DNA from: Candidatus Latescibacterota bacterium
Lineage (GTDB): Bacteria > Latescibacterota > UBA2968 > UBA8231
Length of the DNA: 64,000 nt
NCBI GenBank assembly: GCA_965215195.1
Contig: CBDCDC010000002.1
Location: 704,001 to 768,000 of the forward strand
Direction of reading: 5' to 3'
Shown: piece by piece, positions 61,713-64,000 of the stretch
How the letters are laid out: each line of letters starts with the position of its first letter
How positions within the stretch are numbered: the first letter of the stretch is position 1
The notes under the pieces: model-generated
Seen by the model: only the letters and a program-made list of their open reading frames with translations
The model's database searches: none
Told to the model about the DNA's origin: nothing
Program-made: the position numbers and the translations under genes

Positions 61713-63461
61713 TTACCGAGACGCCGCTGTTTTCTCTTTCTCAGCGGCGAGCGCGTACTGTTCAAGCGCATCGCCGTTGATGCCCCATGCAGACTTGTCG
61801 CGCAACTCAAGGTTGAGGGTGCGCAATGCGCGCTGCTGCTTGGCTTGGCGGGCCAAGTAGTGGGCCTTCTGTTGGCTCAAGTCGTATTCTTGCACTCGCT
61901 TGGGCCGGCGCTGCAAGACCTTGAAGATCGAAAAGGCCCTTGCCAAAGGCCGGGGGTCGCGCAGGGAAGACGGCAAGGGGTCGACCAGTTCAATCGGGCC
62001 TTGCAATTCCCTTGCGGGCGCGGATACGGCCGCGTCCATCAGCTCCTTGTACACGATCTTTTCAAATGCGCGCAGCGCGTACAGCCCGCCGTTTTCGTCC
62101 GCGTCGCGCCGGATGCTGTGCTCGGTCGCCAGTGCGCCCATGTCGGCCCCATTGCGAATTTGTTCCAGCAGCTCTTGGGCGAGCGACTCGTCGGCGACCA
62201 TGATTTCTTGGACCACGATTTCTTCGGGTGCCCAGTACATCTCGGGATGCGCTTCGTAGTGGGCGCGCGCTTCCTCTTCGCTCACCTCTAAGGCCCCTTC
62301 GAGCAGCTCTTCCCACAGCCCTTGCAGCAGCAGCCGCTCCTTTTCAGCTTCCACCTTCTCCTGCACCTCGGGCCGCTCACCGTATCCACCGCGCTCGGCT
62401 GCCAAGCCCAAGAGCAGGTCCGGCGCCCCGCGGCGGCGCACGCGATCGTCGAGCAGGGCACTGTCAATTTGGGCGCGGCCCAGCCGCGTATTGTGCAGCA
62501 AATAGCTGCCCTGCTGCACGGTGATGACGCCGCCATCGTACTCGTAGAGCGGGGCCGCCCACTCCTCGGGCGCAAGCTGGGGCGCGCCGGGCTGTTCGTT
62601 CCAAGCCGCGACAAAGCGCCGCACCCGCTCCCCCACCGGGCGCAAGCCGCTCTCGGCGACTAGCTCGTCAATGTGCTCGCTGCGCAAGTTCTCAATTTTT
62701 TCGAGGAAGGTCGCCCGCTGGATCACCGAGCGATACTTTTCAAAAGACACCAATTTCTTATCCACGACCTTGGCGATCTCCCAGCCTTGGGGCGTGCGGA
62801 AGGGCGGGCTGACCTCGCCTGTATCCAACGAAAACACGCGGTCGTACACGCGGTCGGAGACCCGATCGAACGCATAGTACGAAGCAAACCAGCCCCCATC
62901 AGCCGCGGTTGCCGCGTCCCGCGAATGCTGGCGCGCCATGTCCTCAAAGGTGGCCCGGCCGGCCTCGATTTCCGCGTAGATGGAATCGGCGCGAGCGCGG
63001 CTGTCGAGCAGGATGTGCGCCCCGCGCACGGCGTGGCGGGCCGGATGCACGGCAAAATTGGCCCGCAGCTCGTCTTCGGAAATCTCGATCTGTAGGCCGA
63101 CCTGCTCGCGGATATAGGCTTCGACCATGGCCTTGTGCCGGGCGAGGTCCACGGCCTTGATCCATTCGGGATCTTTATCCAACCCCCGCTCATACGCCTC
63201 GCGCACCATGAGCTTGATGTCGATCAAACTCAGCAGGTGCTCGCGGTGCTTTTCCACGCCCGGCGCCAGCGAGTGGTGCTGCGATTGGATCTGGGCTTCG
63301 TAGCGGCGGAATTCGCGCTCGTCGATTAGGTCGTCGCCGACTTGGGCCAAGGCGGTGCCCGTCACCACTAAGCCACCCCCCTCTGCGATCGGGGCCGCCG
63401 GCTCTTGAACACAAGACAATAGGATCGCGCAGACGGCGAACCACTTCGCGTTATGGATCAT
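61713..63461 (-). CDS. PpiC/parvulin-type peptidyl-prolyl isomerase lipoprotein (two rotamase domains)
   Basis: Lipobox LLSC, GAHILL, FEDMARQHSRD..TAADGG, VSPPFRTPQGWEI, second domain QEIMV..LATEHS..ENGG. Confidence 0.88.
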   Translation of the reverse strand: MIHNAKWFAVCAILLSCVQEPAAPIAEGGGLVVTGTALAQVGDDLIDEREFRRYEAQIQSQHHSLAPGVEKHREHLLSLIDIKLMVREAYERGLDKDPEWIKAVDLARHKAMVEAYIREQVGLQIEISEDELRANFAVHPARHAVRGAHILLDSRARADSIYAEIEAGRATFEDMARQHSRDAATAADGGWFASYYAFDRVSDRVYDRVFSLDTGEVSPPFRTPQGWEIAKVVDKKLVSFEKYRSVIQRATFLEKIENLRSEHIDELVAESGLRPVGERVRRFVAAWNEQPGAPQLAPEEWAAPLYEYDGGVITVQQGSYLLHNTRLGRAQIDSALLDDRVRRRGAPDLLLGLAAERGGYGERPEVQEKVEAEKERLLLQGLWEELLEGALEVSEEEARAHYEAHPEMYWAPEEIVVQEIMVADESLAQELLEQIRNGADMGALATEHSIRRDADENGGLYALRAFEKIVYKELMDAAVSAPARELQGPIELVDPLPSSLRDPRPLARAFSIFKVLQRRPKRVQEYDLSQQKAHYLARQAKQQRALRTLNLELRDKSAWGINGDALEQYALAAEKEKTAASR

Positions 63462-64000
63462 CTTTTTGCTTTCTAATCAAGGCGTCGGCCAGGCGTTTGT
63501 GTTCTTCGCTTTTGGCGATTTGCCCCAGCCGCTTGTAGGCTTCGGCCAAGGCTTGGTGAGCACCGAGCCAGTTTTCGTCGAGCGCGAGGGCGCGGTTGAG
63601 CATGGCGATGGCCTCGTCCGTGCGCTGCTGGTTCAAGTAGGCCTGCCCGAGGGCGGCAAAGGCGGCCACATGCTCGGGCTCTTGCTGAATAATCTGCTGA
63701 TAGGCGGCCGCCGCTTGGTCGAAATGGCCGGTGCGCAAGTAGATGTTGCCCATGTTGTTCAGCGCCCGCACGTGCGCGGGATTGATCCGCACGGCTTGGG
63801 CGTAGTGCGGCAGGGCCACGCCGGTAAACCCCAAGCGATTGTATATAAAACCCAAGCTGTAATGGGCTTCGGCGTCGTCTGAGTCGCTGCGCAGCTGCTC
63901 GCGGTAGCGCTGGATATCCCCCTCGACCTGCTTGATCTTCTCGTACGCGGCGAGGGATTTTTCTCCGGCGGCCTCGCGGCCCTGCCGCAGGTGGATCTGG
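63451..64000 (-). CDS. TPR-repeat protein, C-terminal part (5' end outside window)
   Basis: Frame stays open to the window end; AHYSLGFIY, ALNNMGNIY, AALGQAY, AHQALAEAY TPRs. Confidence 0.85.
   Translation of the reverse strand, partial: QIHLRQGREAAGEKSLAAYEKIKQVEGDIQRYREQLRSDSDDAEAHYSLGFIYNRLGFTGVALPHYAQAVRINPAHVRALNNMGNIYLRTGHFDQAAAAYQQIIQQEPEHVAAFAALGQAYLNQQRTDEAIAMLNRALALDENWLGAHQALAEAYKRLGQIAKSEEHKRLADALIRKQKDDP

Overview
GC-rich bacterial chromosomal window. The FlgD-Ig/T9SS-like C-terminal domains, CRTAC1/FG-GAP, PD40, LRR and TPR proteins suggest an FCB-group organism such as a Latescibacterota-like, possibly host-associated bacterium (inference only). It holds about 50 CDS and one tRNA-Thr(CGT). 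1-4.7 kb: rny (partial), a KamA-family radical SAM, folE, a peroxiredoxin, sodA and an IscU-like protein. 4.8-9.4 kb: a non-canonical phage-shock (Psp) operon, with pspA, two membrane proteins, a soluble TPR histidine kinase and a PspF-like activator carrying a receiver domain, under a consensus sigma54 promoter with two palindromic upstream sites. 9.4-31.9 kb: metabolic and housekeeping genes (SSS transporter, ALDH, dat, nth, GT2-radical SAM-GT2-Wzi, eno, ssb, orphan ftsA, ABC-2 exporter). 32-35.4 kb: an accessory island rich in MITE/REP-like inverted repeats, with a coiled-coil repeat gene enclosed by terminal inverted repeats and an LRR lipoprotein. 35.4-42 kb: mltG, pcrA, mtaB, miaB. 42-64 kb: a cluster of large exported proteins, including tandem sugar-dehydrogenase-like paralogs, three paralogs of an uncharacterised 'xAY-stop' FlgD-Ig family, a PD40 protein, a PpiC foldase and TPR proteins. 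The main leads are the two-component-wired Psp module and a 37-aa segment of the xAY family grafted into an unrelated enzyme-like protein. All calls come from reading motifs by eye; no database searches were run.
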